A model generated the notes under the pieces. That model had not been told where the DNA came from. It did not search any database and saw only the letters and a list, made by a program, of their open reading frames with translations. A stretch of DNA of 64,000 nt from Candidatus Aenigmatarchaeota archaeon (GTDB taxonomy: Archaea; Aenigmatarchaeota; Aenigmatarchaeia; CG10238-14; SCSR01): the NCBI GenBank assembly GCA_039000165.1, contig JAWBTW010000001.1, forward strand, positions 1 to 64,000, in the 5' to 3' direction. A program made the translations under genes and the position numbers. This document shows, in pieces, positions 28,750 to 38,467 of the stretch. The first letter of the stretch is position 1. The number at the start of each line of letters is the position of its first letter.

Positions 28750-29470
28750 ATGAAAAAAAAAGGATTAAACTAAGTGTTAAGAAAGGATACGAGATCTGGT
28801 CAAAGACCTACGATTTAGATGAAAATCCTTTAATTACTTTAGAAGAAAACCGTTGTTAAAAATTATAAGGAATGTTAGGGGTAAAAAAGTTTTAGACGTA
28901 GGCTGTGGTGCCGGAAGAATAACCCTTAAACTTCTTAAGAAAGGGGCAAAAGTTTATGGAATAGATATTTCTAAAAAAATGTTAGAAAAAGCCGAGACTA
29001 AAACAAAAAATTTTAAGAGTAAAGTTGAATTTAAAGTAGCGTCTGTGTATAAAATTCCTTATCCTAAAAATAGCTTTGATTTGGTTGTATGTAACCTGGT
29101 AACTTCGCACTTAAAAAACTTAAATAAAGCTGTAGCCGAGATGGCGAGAGTTTTAAAACCAAAAGGTTTCTTGATAATCTCTGATTTACATCCTTATGTG
29201 ATTGTTAACGGAGGAGTTGCTAACTTCTTTCAAAATGGTAAAGAATATGTGATAAAAAATTATTACCACTCTTTTGAAGAGTATTTCAACAGTCTGAAGA
29301 AAAATGGACTCAGAATAGTTGAAGTTAAGGAGTTGAAAGACACAAAAGAAGCTATAAACGTTGTTATAAGGCTCTACAGAAAGTATAAGAGAAAAATCAT
29401 TCCTAAAAAAGAATACGAAAAATGGTTGGGAAAACCTGGGGCAATAATAATCAAAGCACAAAAGTTTTAA
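28750..29470 (+). CDS. class I SAM-dependent methyltransferase (N-terminus frameshifted in two A-runs)
   Basis: VLDVGCGAGR and RVLKPKG; upstream frame GYEIWSKTYDLDENPL. Confidence 0.8.
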
Positions 29471-30543
29471 AATGGTCTTTGTTCTCTTCTCAATGAAAAC
29501 AAACTTGCAAGATTCCCAACTTTTGTTAACAAATCGTAGTAAAATAACTCTAAATCTTTTTCTGTAAGTTTTGCTCTTTGGTCTGCTTCTATAAGAACAG
29601 AAGGCATTCCATAGCCTGCATGCCCGCTCAAAGCAAGCAAAACAGAAGAAATAAAATTTGCAGTTTTTACACAATCTTTTTCTCCTAGAAAATCAACTCT
29701 AATTGGTCTATCAAACTCAGCAGTTTTTAGATAGAATGAAAATATTGAATTTGAAAATTCACCAAACTCTTTTAGAATAGGATGCTTTTCTGGTTCAGGA
29801 GAATAGTTGAAAACACAAGTCCTTTCGTTTAGCTTTAAAGCATAAGTTAAAAGATTGGTATCTTTTGAGTTTTCAAGCAAAGGTTTAAACTCTATCAGTT
29901 CAGGATTAAGGTTAGCTTTTTCTTTAACTATCTCACAAAATCTTGTTCCTCTTGAGTCTTCTATTACTCCAGCCAAAATACAATTTTTTTCTCTAGCTTT
30001 TGAAAAGAGGTTTAAATAAGATTGAATCAAGTTTTCGTAAGTTGGAAAAAGTATCGAATCTTTAGCTGGTTTTTCTGTATAGTGAGGGATTATTGAACCG
30101 TCAAGAAAAACTATGTCAGGTTTAAAATTCTCTATAACCTCAAAAGCTATAGAAGTCTCAACTATTTGTCTCTCGTAATTTGAATTAAGCTCAAGCTCTA
30201 TCTCATGCAAAGGTTCAAAAATTATTTTTGGAATAGGCGTTGGTAAAGCTTCAGGATAATATTCAACTTTTTCAAGCTTTCCTCTTGAGTAAAAGAATAT
30301 TACCCCAACTGCTCTTAAAAGCATCAAATCCACACCGTGTAAAGAACGCTTCACTATTCCTCCATCTATACCAGCAATTTTCAAGTTTTCAAGTTTTGAC
30401 TTTTCAACTTCAAAAAAAGTTTTTTCCTCTATTCCAGAAGAAATAGAAATTTTTCTTAGAACTTCAGCAAGCCTTATTCTCTCTGATTCCATTTTTTCGA
30501 TTTTCTTAGCAAGCTCTTCCGTTATCTTGAACAAATCTTCCAT
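29467..30543 (-). CDS. nurA: NurA nuclease
   Basis: AGIDGG, FLDGS and GYGMPSVLIEADQRAK. Confidence 0.88.
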   Translation of the reverse strand: MEDLFKITEELAKKIEKMESERIRLAEVLRKISISSGIEEKTFFEVEKSKLENLKIAGIDGGIVKRSLHGVDLMLLRAVGVIFFYSRGKLEKVEYYPEALPTPIPKIIFEPLHEIELELNSNYERQIVETSIAFEVIENFKPDIVFLDGSIIPHYTEKPAKDSILFPTYENLIQSYLNLFSKAREKNCILAGVIEDSRGTRFCEIVKEKANLNPELIEFKPLLENSKDTNLLTYALKLNERTCVFNYSPEPEKHPILKEFGEFSNSIFSFYLKTAEFDRPIRVDFLGEKDCVKTANFISSVLLALSGHAGYGMPSVLIEADQRAKLTEKDLELFYYDLLTKVGNLASLFSLRREQRPF

Positions 30544-30606
30544 CCATTCTTATTTGGAATCAGAAGTAATAAAAAGTTTTTTAACTTACAAGAAGGAAAA
30601 AAGATT

Positions 30607-31359
30607 ATGGTAGATTTCAAAAAATTTAATACTTTCATTTTTGATTTAGACGGAACTGTTTGGAACTGGGTAAGTTTGCTTCCAGGAGCAAAAGAAATTA
30701 TTCAAAAATTAAAAAAAGAAGGAAAGCAAGTTCTTTTTGTCTCAAATAATAGTATGCTTTGCAGAAGAAAGATGGTAGAGAAGTTAAGAAGCTTTGGGAT
30801 AGAGGTTAAAGATAACGATTTGATAACTTCAAGTTTTGTTGCCGCGAACTACTTAAAAATTAAAAATGCTAGTGCTTTTCCTATAGGTCAAGGAGTGAAA
30901 GAAGAGTTGGAAGAAAATGGTGTAAAAATTGATGAAAATAAACCAGAATATTTGGTTGTCGGTCAAGACTTAAGCTTTAACTGGGAAAAACTGATGAAAG
31001 CTTACGAGATAGTAAAAAATGGAGCAAAGATATTGGCTACAGCAAGAGGAAAGGTTTATTTTGAAGGAGAAAAATTGATGCCAGCTACAGGAGTTTGGGT
31101 CAGTGCTATAGAATACATAACGGATAAAAAAGCAAAGCTTATAGGCAAACCTTCTAACGAAATGTTAGAAACTATTCAGCTTTTTGTTTGCTCACCAAGA
31201 AAAGAAACTGTTTTGATTGGTGATGAATGTGATTCAGATATAATGGCAGGAAAGATTCTTGGTTACTATACTGTTTTGGTTAAAACAGGAATAGATAAGG
31301 AGGCAAAAAAGGTCAAACCAGACTTGATAATAGATTCTTTAGAAGAAATAAAGATTTAA
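30607..31359 (+). CDS. HAD-IIA (NagD-like) hydrolase
   Basis: FDLDGT, SNNS, IGKP and IGDECDSDI. Confidence 0.9.
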   Translation: MVDFKKFNTFIFDLDGTVWNWVSLLPGAKEIIQKLKKEGKQVLFVSNNSMLCRRKMVEKLRSFGIEVKDNDLITSSFVAANYLKIKNASAFPIGQGVKEELEENGVKIDENKPEYLVVGQDLSFNWEKLMKAYEIVKNGAKILATARGKVYFEGEKLMPATGVWVSAIEYITDKKAKLIGKPSNEMLETIQLFVCSPRKETVLIGDECDSDIMAGKILGYYTVLVKTGIDKEAKKVKPDLIIDSLEEIKI

Positions 31360-31826
31360 TCACTTACTTTTCTTAGATATTTTTTGTACCAGTTCTGAAT
31401 CGAGGATTTAACGTTTATTTTTCTAACTAAAGCTTTAAGTTCGCTTACCCCTACTCGGAAGTGCCACCTTCCTTTTTTTGTTATAGAATAAACTCTTCTT
31501 GGTTTTTCGGCTATAATCATTTGAGATTCTACAAGACCTCTTTCTTCTAAAGACCAAAGAGTTGGATAAACTGTGCTTGCTCCTGGATTATAACCAAACT
31601 TTTCTCTTAATTTTTTCATGATCTTATAGCCGTGAAGATTTCCGTAATGTTCCAAAAAATAAAGTATTAAAAAATCTATACAGCTTCTAATCCATCTTCT
31701 TCTGTATTGCCTAGCAACATCTCCATAATTTTCAGTAGGCAAAATTACTGGATATTTTTGAGTTACTTGTGGAAAACTCATGAAAATTAAAGGAAAAGTA
31801 AACTTTTTATGTTTTTCTAAAACCAT
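31356..31826 (-). CDS. PadR-family transcriptional regulator
   Basis: HGYKIM, TVYPTL..LEERGLV and RRVYSITKKG. Confidence 0.85.
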   Translation of the reverse strand: MVLEKHKKFTFPLIFMSFPQVTQKYPVILPTENYGDVARQYRRRWIRSCIDFLILYFLEHYGNLHGYKIMKKLREKFGYNPGASTVYPTLWSLEERGLVESQMIIAEKPRRVYSITKKGRWHFRVGVSELKALVRKINVKSSIQNWYKKYLRKVSD

Positions 31827-31859
31827 TTAATTTTTAAGTTCAAAATAATAAATCTATAG

Positions 31860-33539
31860 GTGATTAATTTCGAGAAAGAAAGATGGCTTGTAACAGCAGC
31901 TTTACCTTATGTGAACAATATCCCACATGTAGGTAACATAGTAGGTTCTCATTTACCAGCAGATATTTTTGCAAGATTTCTGAGACTTTTTGGTTACGAT
32001 GTTGTTTTCGTTGGTGGTACTGATGAGCATGGTTCACCAACAGAAGTTGCAGCTTTTAAAGCTGGTTTAAGCCCAAAGGATTTTTGTGATAAACTATACG
32101 AAGTTCATAAGCTTATTTATGACTGGTTTGGCATAAGCTACGATAACTTTTCTAGAACTTCTAAAGAGATAAACCATAAAGTTACGACTGAAATTTTTTT
32201 GAGATTGCTTAAGAACGGATTTATAATAAGGAAGAAACTTTTGCTTCCTTATTGCCCTGTAGATAAAAGATTTTTACCCGATAGATGGATAGAAGGCACA
32301 TGCCCTTATTGTGGTTATAAACCTGCAAGAGGCGATCAATGTGAATCTTGTACTCGTTTGCTTGATCCTTCTGAACTTATAGAACCTTATTGTATAATTT
32401 GTAAAAACAAACCAGAAATAAAAGAAGTTGAGCATTTATTCTTAGACTTGCCAAAACTTGAAAAGCAACTTGAAGAATGGATAAAAGGAAACAAGCATTG
32501 GAAGCCTAACGTGAGAAATTTAGCTTTATCTTGGATAAAAGAAGGTTTAAAACCAAGATGCATTTCAAGAGATTTAAAATGGGGGATTCAAATTCCTCTA
32601 GAAGGATTCAAGGATAAAGTTTTCTATTGCTGGTTTGATGCTCCTATTGGTTACATTTCTTCAACAGTTGAATGGGCTGAAAAAGTTGGTAAGCCAGAAG
32701 AATGGAGAAAGTATTGGCAGGAAAAAGGTTCAAAAATAGTTCATTTTATAGGAAAGGATAATATTGTTTTTCATACGATAATTTGGCCTGCTATTTTGAT
32801 GGGGACCGGAGAGTTTAATCTTCCTTATCAAGTTGGTGGCCTAGAGTTTTTGAATTATGAAGGGGATAAAATTTCAAAAAGTAGAAACTGGGGAGTTTTT
32901 CTAGATGTTGAGAATAGTAAGGTTATAGTAAAGGTTGGTGATAAGAAAATAGATATAGAGCCTGATTATTTAAGGTTTTACTTAAGCTTGATAATGCCTG
33001 AGACAAAAGATTCAAATTTTGTTTGGAAAGAATTTGAAAAAAAGGTTAACGCTGAGCTTGTTGGTAATTTTGGGAATCTTGTTTTTAGAGTTTTGATTTT
33101 CGTTAGAAACAATTTTAATTCTACAGTTCCTGAGCCTGAAAAGTTGGGAAGAAAAGAAAACAATCTAATTAAAAAGATAACTACTACAAAAAATTCTGTG
33201 AAAGAACTTGTTTTGCAACTTAAGTTTAGAGACGCTTTGAAAAAGATTTTAAGTTTAAGTAAAGCTGGTAATGCTTACTTCCAAAGCAAAAAGCCTTGGG
33301 AAACTCTTAAGGAAAATCCTGAAGATTGTAGAACAACCTTATTTGTTAGCGTGCATCTAGTTAAAGCTTTAGCTGTGCTTCTCGAACCTTTTATTCCTTT
33401 TACTTCTGAGAAAATTTGGTCTCAGCTTAACTTAGAAGGTTCAGTCCACAAACAAGATTTTGATAGCTTAGACAAACTTGATATTCAACCTGGACATAAA
33501 ATTGGAAAAGTTGAGCCTTTGTTCAAGAAATTTGAGTAA
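31860..33539 (+). CDS. metG: methionyl-tRNA synthetase (catalytic part)
   Basis: ALPYVNNIPHVGN, GTDEHG, Zn knuckles, GKDNIVFH and KISKS. Confidence 0.95.
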   Translation: MINFEKERWLVTAALPYVNNIPHVGNIVGSHLPADIFARFLRLFGYDVVFVGGTDEHGSPTEVAAFKAGLSPKDFCDKLYEVHKLIYDWFGISYDNFSRTSKEINHKVTTEIFLRLLKNGFIIRKKLLLPYCPVDKRFLPDRWIEGTCPYCGYKPARGDQCESCTRLLDPSELIEPYCIICKNKPEIKEVEHLFLDLPKLEKQLEEWIKGNKHWKPNVRNLALSWIKEGLKPRCISRDLKWGIQIPLEGFKDKVFYCWFDAPIGYISSTVEWAEKVGKPEEWRKYWQEKGSKIVHFIGKDNIVFHTIIWPAILMGTGEFNLPYQVGGLEFLNYEGDKISKSRNWGVFLDVENSKVIVKVGDKKIDIEPDYLRFYLSLIMPETKDSNFVWKEFEKKVNAELVGNFGNLVFRVLIFVRNNFNSTVPEPEKLGRKENNLIKKITTTKNSVKELVLQLKFRDALKKILSLSKAGNAYFQSKKPWETLKENPEDCRTTLFVSVHLVKALAVLLEPFIPFTSEKIWSQLNLEGSVHKQDFDSLDKLDIQPGHKIGKVEPLFKKFE

Positions 33540-33572
33540 AAGATTTAAAAATAAAACAAGAAATAAAATAGC

Positions 33573-33902
33573 ATGACAGAGATATCTTTCGCTCAATTTA
33601 AAGAGCTTGACCTAAGAGTAGGGAAAGTTTTGGAAGCAGAGCAAATACCAAACTCAAGGAATTTAATTAAACTAATAGTTGATTTTGGAACAGAAAAAAG
33701 GCAAGCAGTTGCTGGGCTTGTTGGTTATTATAAACCTGAGGAACTTGTTGGAAACAAGTATGTTTTCATCCTTAACCTGGAAAGGAAAAAGTTTTTTGGA
33801 ATAGAAAGTCAATGTATGATTCTTGCTGCAGAAGATAGTAAAGGAAATGTGGTTTTGATAAAGCCAGAAAAAGATATAGAAGAAGGAAGTAAGATAACTT
33901 AA
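33573..33902 (+). CDS. tRNA-binding OB-fold protein (MetRS C-terminal domain / Trbp-like)
   Basis: LDLRVGKV and NLERKKFFGIESQCMILAA. Confidence 0.88.
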   Translation: MTEISFAQFKELDLRVGKVLEAEQIPNSRNLIKLIVDFGTEKRQAVAGLVGYYKPEELVGNKYVFILNLERKKFFGIESQCMILAAEDSKGNVVLIKPEKDIEEGSKIT

Positions 33903-33931
33903 GTTTGCTTCTAGATAATAAAGGTTTAGAC

Positions 33932-33950
33932 AAGCATAAATTTTATGCTT
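33932..33950. promoter_or_regulatory. perfect inverted repeat (possible operator)
   Basis: AAGCATAAA-T-TTTATGCTT. Confidence 0.35.
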
Positions 33951-34029
33951 TAGAGAGAGGAAATAGAAGAATTAGTGAAAAGGCTGAACGAGTTTTTACT
34001 TTAAATTTTCTTAAATCAAAAAAATTTAT

Positions 34030-34500
34030 ATGAAGAAAGTTAGGGATTTCATGAATTATAACGTTATTTTTGTAAGTCCTGAAGACTCAATTTTTGAGGC
34101 TGCAAAAATTTTCTGTGAGAAAAACATTTCCGGAGCTCCAGTAGTAGAAGAAGGAAAAGTTGTCGGAGTGATAAGCATTTCCGATATAATAAGGTTTGTT
34201 AGTATGAAATTAAAAAAAGCAGACTTGACACAAATTCCTTCGCTAAGCTTGCTTTTGTTCGATTTCATAAAGAGCAGTAAAGAATACTTACAAATGAAAA
34301 AAGAAATAAACAAGATTTTGAAAGTTAAGGTAAGAGATGTTATGAGTAAGGAAGTTGTTTCAATAAACCCAGAAGCTAGCTTAATAGAGGCAGCTTCGCT
34401 GATGGAAAAAAATGATGTTAATAGGTTACCCGTAATAGAAAATGAAAAGCTTGTTGGAATAATAGCTAGAGAAGACTTGATAAAAGCTCTTATAGAATAA
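34030..34500 (+). CDS. CBS-domain protein
   Basis: Tandem CBS motifs ISGAPVV and VNRLPVI. Confidence 0.9.
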   Translation: MKKVRDFMNYNVIFVSPEDSIFEAAKIFCEKNISGAPVVEEGKVVGVISISDIIRFVSMKLKKADLTQIPSLSLLLFDFIKSSKEYLQMKKEINKILKVKVRDVMSKEVVSINPEASLIEAASLMEKNDVNRLPVIENEKLVGIIAREDLIKALIE

Positions 34501-34969
34501 AAGGAATCCTTCTACTTTTTGGAATCATATTTTTTATACCTTGCTCAGTAAGCAAACTACTTCCAAGTATTTTATCCTTGAATTTAACTATGACAAAGTT
34601 GTGATATTCACAGTTTATTTTTTTCTCTGGCTTAACATCTAAGCCTTGCATAAATTTTAAAGCATTTTCTTGGTTTAAAATCACTATGTTTTTTGTTGCA
34701 TTTTTACCAACAATTTGTGAACCTTCTATGGTTAAATGAATTTTCTCATTTCTCTTTAATTTACCAAAGTTAAATCCTAGGGAATTAACTTGAAGTTTTG
34801 AAAAATCAAAATTTAAAACTTCTTTGCTTGTTAGCCAAATTTTTTCTTCCTTATCTTTTGCTACACCAAAATCTTTTAAACTAACTTTTGTTCCGTAATT
34901 TTTCTCCAAAATTCTCTCTAATTCTTCTATCTCTTCTCTACCTAGAAAAGTCATTTTCTTAGTTTGCAT
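34490..34969 (-). CDS. RsmF/NIP7-like PUA-type RNA-binding protein
   Basis: HLTIEGSQIVG...KNMIPKSRR; coupled to the m5C methyltransferase. Confidence 0.65.
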   Translation of the reverse strand: MQTKKMTFLGREEIEELERILEKNYGTKVSLKDFGVAKDKEEKIWLTSKEVLNFDFSKLQVNSLGFNFGKLKRNEKIHLTIEGSQIVGKNATKNIVILNQENALKFMQGLDVKPEKKINCEYHNFVIVKFKDKILGSSLLTEQGIKNMIPKSRRIPFIL

Positions 34970-35838
34970 ACAAAAAATCCCTCTGTTTTTTGAGAAGGAA
35001 TGATTCTTAAAGCTTTAGCCAAAGATTTATCGAACTCTTTTTCTTCAAACGTGGTTAAACCTTTAATACAGGGAAATTTAAGCTTTATTTCTTCTACTTT
35101 TAAACCAAGTGTTTTAATCGCAAAATCTATAACCTCTTCGTTTTCCATCGGTTCTATAGAACAAGTTGAATAAACTAAAGTTCCGTTCTCTTTCAAACAT
35201 TTGGAAGCAGAAATTATCAGTTTTTTTTGCAAATTTTGTAAAGCTTTTATACTTGTTAAACTTGTTTGTTGAAATATTCTTTCCTTAAGTTGACCTGTAC
35301 CTGAGCATGGCACATCTAAAAGAATTTTGTCAAATTTTAAGCCAAGTTTCCAAAACCTTTCTCCAAAATGTATAGTTATTATTGTGTTAGCCACTCCGCA
35401 TCTTTGCAAGTTTCCTCTCAGAGCTTTTATTCTCTTGTAGGTTATGTCGTTAGCGATTATTACTCCCTTGTTTTCCATCATAGCAGCAATCTGGGTTGTT
35501 TTTGCTCCAGGAGCTGCGCATAAGTCAAGAATTATTTCTTCAGGCTTAGGTTCTAGAACTAAAGGAGGAATCATGCTAGAAGCATTTTGAATAAAAAAAT
35601 AGCCTAGAACATGCTCTATAGTTTTTGCTAAATTTTCTTTAGTTTTTACCCAAAAACCTTCTTTTATCCAAGGTATTTTTTCGTATTCAAAACCTTTTTC
35701 TTCAAAAAATTTAATTGCTTCGTCTACCGAAAACTTTAAAGTATTTATTCTAACATGCCACAAAGGTAGAAAAGGTTCAGCAAATTTTTCTTTAAAGCCT
35801 GGATAGATTTTTTCATATCTTTCTAGTTCTAAGGTCAT
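34951..35838 (-). CDS. RsmB/NOP-family RNA m5C methyltransferase
   Basis: DLCAAPGAKT, ILLDVPCSG and VYSTCS. Confidence 0.92.
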   Translation of the reverse strand: MTLELERYEKIYPGFKEKFAEPFLPLWHVRINTLKFSVDEAIKFFEEKGFEYEKIPWIKEGFWVKTKENLAKTIEHVLGYFFIQNASSMIPPLVLEPKPEEIILDLCAAPGAKTTQIAAMMENKGVIIANDITYKRIKALRGNLQRCGVANTIITIHFGERFWKLGLKFDKILLDVPCSGTGQLKERIFQQTSLTSIKALQNLQKKLIISASKCLKENGTLVYSTCSIEPMENEEVIDFAIKTLGLKVEEIKLKFPCIKGLTTFEEKEFDKSLAKALRIIPSQKTEGFFVCKLRK

Positions 35839-35971
35839 AAAATTAAGTAAGATTTTTTATTATTTTAAATCAATTAATTATTAGAAAGATTAAGGTTGAA
35901 AAAGGCGTGTTCAAGATTACTGAAGTAACTATCCAGTGCGAAAAGGTTTAGAATATTTTTGTTGATCAAAA

Positions 35972-36199
35972 ATGAGAGGGGAATATGCTGAGCTTACATG
36001 TCCATTTTGTGATAAGGGAAGAATACGAGCGTGGTATATTCCAGGAGCAATAAGTGTTAAGAGAGGAAGCTGTAGAAGCTTACCAAGGTTTACAAAACAC
36101 AAAAGCCCAGACGTTTGGATAATAAAATCTGGTTGCGAAGTTTGTGGTAAGTCGCAAGAGGAAGTTGAAAAAGAATTGAGGAGAAAGGGGATTATCTAG
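35972..36199 (+). CDS. small Zn-ribbon protein
   Basis: CPFC and CEVC. Confidence 0.65.
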   Translation: MRGEYAELTCPFCDKGRIRAWYIPGAISVKRGSCRSLPRFTKHKSPDVWIIKSGCEVCGKSQEEVEKELRRKGII

Positions 36200-36368
36200 A
36201 AAGTTTTTTCCAAGCATAGCTAAGAGTTTCGTAAAGAACAGTGCAGCCCCCATAGACTACAAAAGAAGCAAGAATATCCTTTAGAGCTTCAGGATTTTTA
36301 GAGGCATAATAGCTTAAATAACCTAAGGCACAAGCTCCAGCGAGGTAACCTAAGTGTCTTAGCTTCAT
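36192..36368 (-). CDS. small membrane protein (58 aa)
   Basis: Read manually: MKLRHLGYLAGACALGYL...; two hydrophobic segments. Confidence 0.5.
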   Translation of the reverse strand: MKLRHLGYLAGACALGYLSYYASKNPEALKDILASFVVYGGCTVLYETLSYAWKKLSR

Positions 36369-36399
36369 GATTAAGAGTTAAAAAGAAAACTATAAAAAA

Positions 36400-37065
36400 T
36401 TATCGAACAATTTTAAGTAATTCTTCTATACTTTTAATTTCAAAATCTGCTCTTCCTCTTTCTTTTCTTTCTTGTCCATACTTTGCAAGTACAGTTTTGA
36501 TTCCAAGCTTTTTCGCTGGTTTTATGTCTCTTTCTACAGAATCCCCGACTAAAAGAACTTCTTCTGGCTTAAGTTCAAGTTTTTTTAAAGCAAGTTTCAA
36601 AGGTTCTAGGCTTGTTTTTTCTTTTCCTGTATCCTCTTTTCCTATGAGAAAATCAAAGTATTCATCTATTCCCAAAGCCAGAACTCTTTGATAAGCCTTT
36701 AATTTGGGGGCATCAGTAACTATTGCAAGCTTCAAACCAAGCTTTCTTAATTTCCTCAAAGTTTGCTTAACCTTTGGATAAGGCTTTAGGAATTTTTGTT
36801 TTTTCTCAAGGTAAGCATTTATTCCAGCCGCTAAGATTTTCTCGTTCAAAAAACCTTGGCTTTCCAAAAATTTTTCAAAAGCTTTGTCTGATTCTATCCC
36901 AACTTTAAAATAGGTTTCCATAAGTTTTTTGTAAGCTTTTTTGAAAGGAAGTCTCAAACCATTTTTTATCATTGCTTTTACAGCTGCCTTACAAGCTTCT
37001 TGCTTCATTTTTATAAAATCTATTAGAGTATTGTCCAAATCAAAAATTATTGCCTTGATTTTCAT
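36400..37065 (-). CDS. HAD-IA hydrolase
   Basis: FDLDNTL and VGDSVERDI. Confidence 0.9.
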   Translation of the reverse strand: MKIKAIIFDLDNTLIDFIKMKQEACKAAVKAMIKNGLRLPFKKAYKKLMETYFKVGIESDKAFEKFLESQGFLNEKILAAGINAYLEKKQKFLKPYPKVKQTLRKLRKLGLKLAIVTDAPKLKAYQRVLALGIDEYFDFLIGKEDTGKEKTSLEPLKLALKKLELKPEEVLLVGDSVERDIKPAKKLGIKTVLAKYGQERKERGRADFEIKSIEELLKIVR

Positions 37066-37097
37066 AAACTTTATTTTTAAATCAAATCTAATTAAGA

Positions 37098-37553
37098 TTA
37101 CGTAACGTCTTCCCTTGTAAAAATCCTTTCACAAAAGTAACATCTTAACCTTAAAGGTTCTTTTTCCTCCACCACAAACTTTGTTTCTACTTCCTCATAA
37201 TTTGTTATACAGTTTTTGTTTGGGCATTTAATTACACCTTCCAAAATTTCTGGCAAGGAAATTTTTCTTTTTTCAACAACTTCCCAATTTCTTATTATGT
37301 TTAGAGTTGCAGAAGGGGCTATCAAAGCAATTCTACTCACTTCTTTTTCGGTTAATTCTCGGTTTTCAACTTTAACTACATCTTTTTTTCCTAGTTTTTT
37401 GCTTGGAACGTTCATTAAAATTACGCTGATAGAATTATTTTCTTCTAGGTTTAAAAGGGACGCAACCTTTAACCCCAGATTGGCTGGAATGTGATCTATC
37501 ACTGTACCGTTTTCTATTTTCCTTACAAGCAATTCTTTCTCGCTCATGGACAT
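37098..37553 (-). CDS. pyrI: aspartate carbamoyltransferase regulatory subunit
   Basis: IENGTVIDHI, CPNKNCIT and CYFCE. Confidence 0.95.
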   Translation of the reverse strand: MSMSEKELLVRKIENGTVIDHIPANLGLKVASLLNLEENNSISVILMNVPSKKLGKKDVVKVENRELTEKEVSRIALIAPSATLNIIRNWEVVEKRKISLPEILEGVIKCPNKNCITNYEEVETKFVVEEKEPLRLRCYFCERIFTREDVT

Positions 37554-38467
37554 ACCAGATTCAAAACAGCCATTCTTACAGGAATTCCATAATAAACTTG
37601 CTCAAAATACTTTGCCTTTTTTGTTTTATCTATACTTGGCTCTATCTCACTAGTTTTTGGCAGAGCATGCAATATTACAACATCTTCCTTAGTTTTTTCA
37701 AGGATTCGCGGAGTTATCTTAAAGCTCTTTTGAATCTTTTCTGCTTCATAAACATCTTCAAACCTTTCCTTCTGAATCCTGCAAACATAAATTACATCAG
37801 CGTTTTTTATTCCTGAGATTATGTTGTCTGTTTGGATTATATCAGCGTCAAACTTTTTCAAAATTTCCATTATAAATTCTTCTGGAAATTCTAAACCGAT
37901 AGGTGAAACTAAGGTTAAACTAACTTTAAACATAGCTAAAGCGTAAGCAAGACTTTTCATAACTCTTCCGTGCTTTAAATCTCCAACCAAAGCAACGTTT
38001 AAACCTTCTATTCTTCCCTTTAATTTTTTGATAGTATATAAGTCTAAAAGAGTTTGGGTAGGATGTTGATTTGCTCCATCACCTGCATTTATCACAGGCT
38101 TTTCTGAAATTTCTGCTGCAAGCCTTGCAGCACCTTCTTTTGGATGGCGAATAACCATTACGTTACAATATTTCTCTACTGTTCTAATCGTATCGATTAA
38201 GGTTTCACCTTTTGCTATAGAAGTTCCTTCAATACTTTCAAAACCTATCACGCTGCCACCAAGCTTTTGCATCGCACTTGCAAAAGAAAGCCTTGTCCTT
38301 GTGCTTGGCTCAAAGAATAAGTTTGCAAGAATTTTTCCTTTCAGTAAATCTAGACAACCTTTTTCAGCAAGCAATGATTCCATTCTTTCTGCTTCCTCAA
38401 GAATTTTTTCTATTTCTCTTTTTTCTAAATCTCTTATCGATATAATATCTTTTCCTTTGAAATTCAT
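37544..38467 (-). CDS. pyrB: aspartate carbamoyltransferase catalytic subunit
   Basis: FFEPSTRTRLSF, HPTQTLLD and HALP. Confidence 0.95.
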   Translation of the reverse strand: MNFKGKDIISIRDLEKREIEKILEEAERMESLLAEKGCLDLLKGKILANLFFEPSTRTRLSFASAMQKLGGSVIGFESIEGTSIAKGETLIDTIRTVEKYCNVMVIRHPKEGAARLAAEISEKPVINAGDGANQHPTQTLLDLYTIKKLKGRIEGLNVALVGDLKHGRVMKSLAYALAMFKVSLTLVSPIGLEFPEEFIMEILKKFDADIIQTDNIISGIKNADVIYVCRIQKERFEDVYEAEKIQKSFKITPRILEKTKEDVVILHALPKTSEIEPSIDKTKKAKYFEQVYYGIPVRMAVLNLVCP

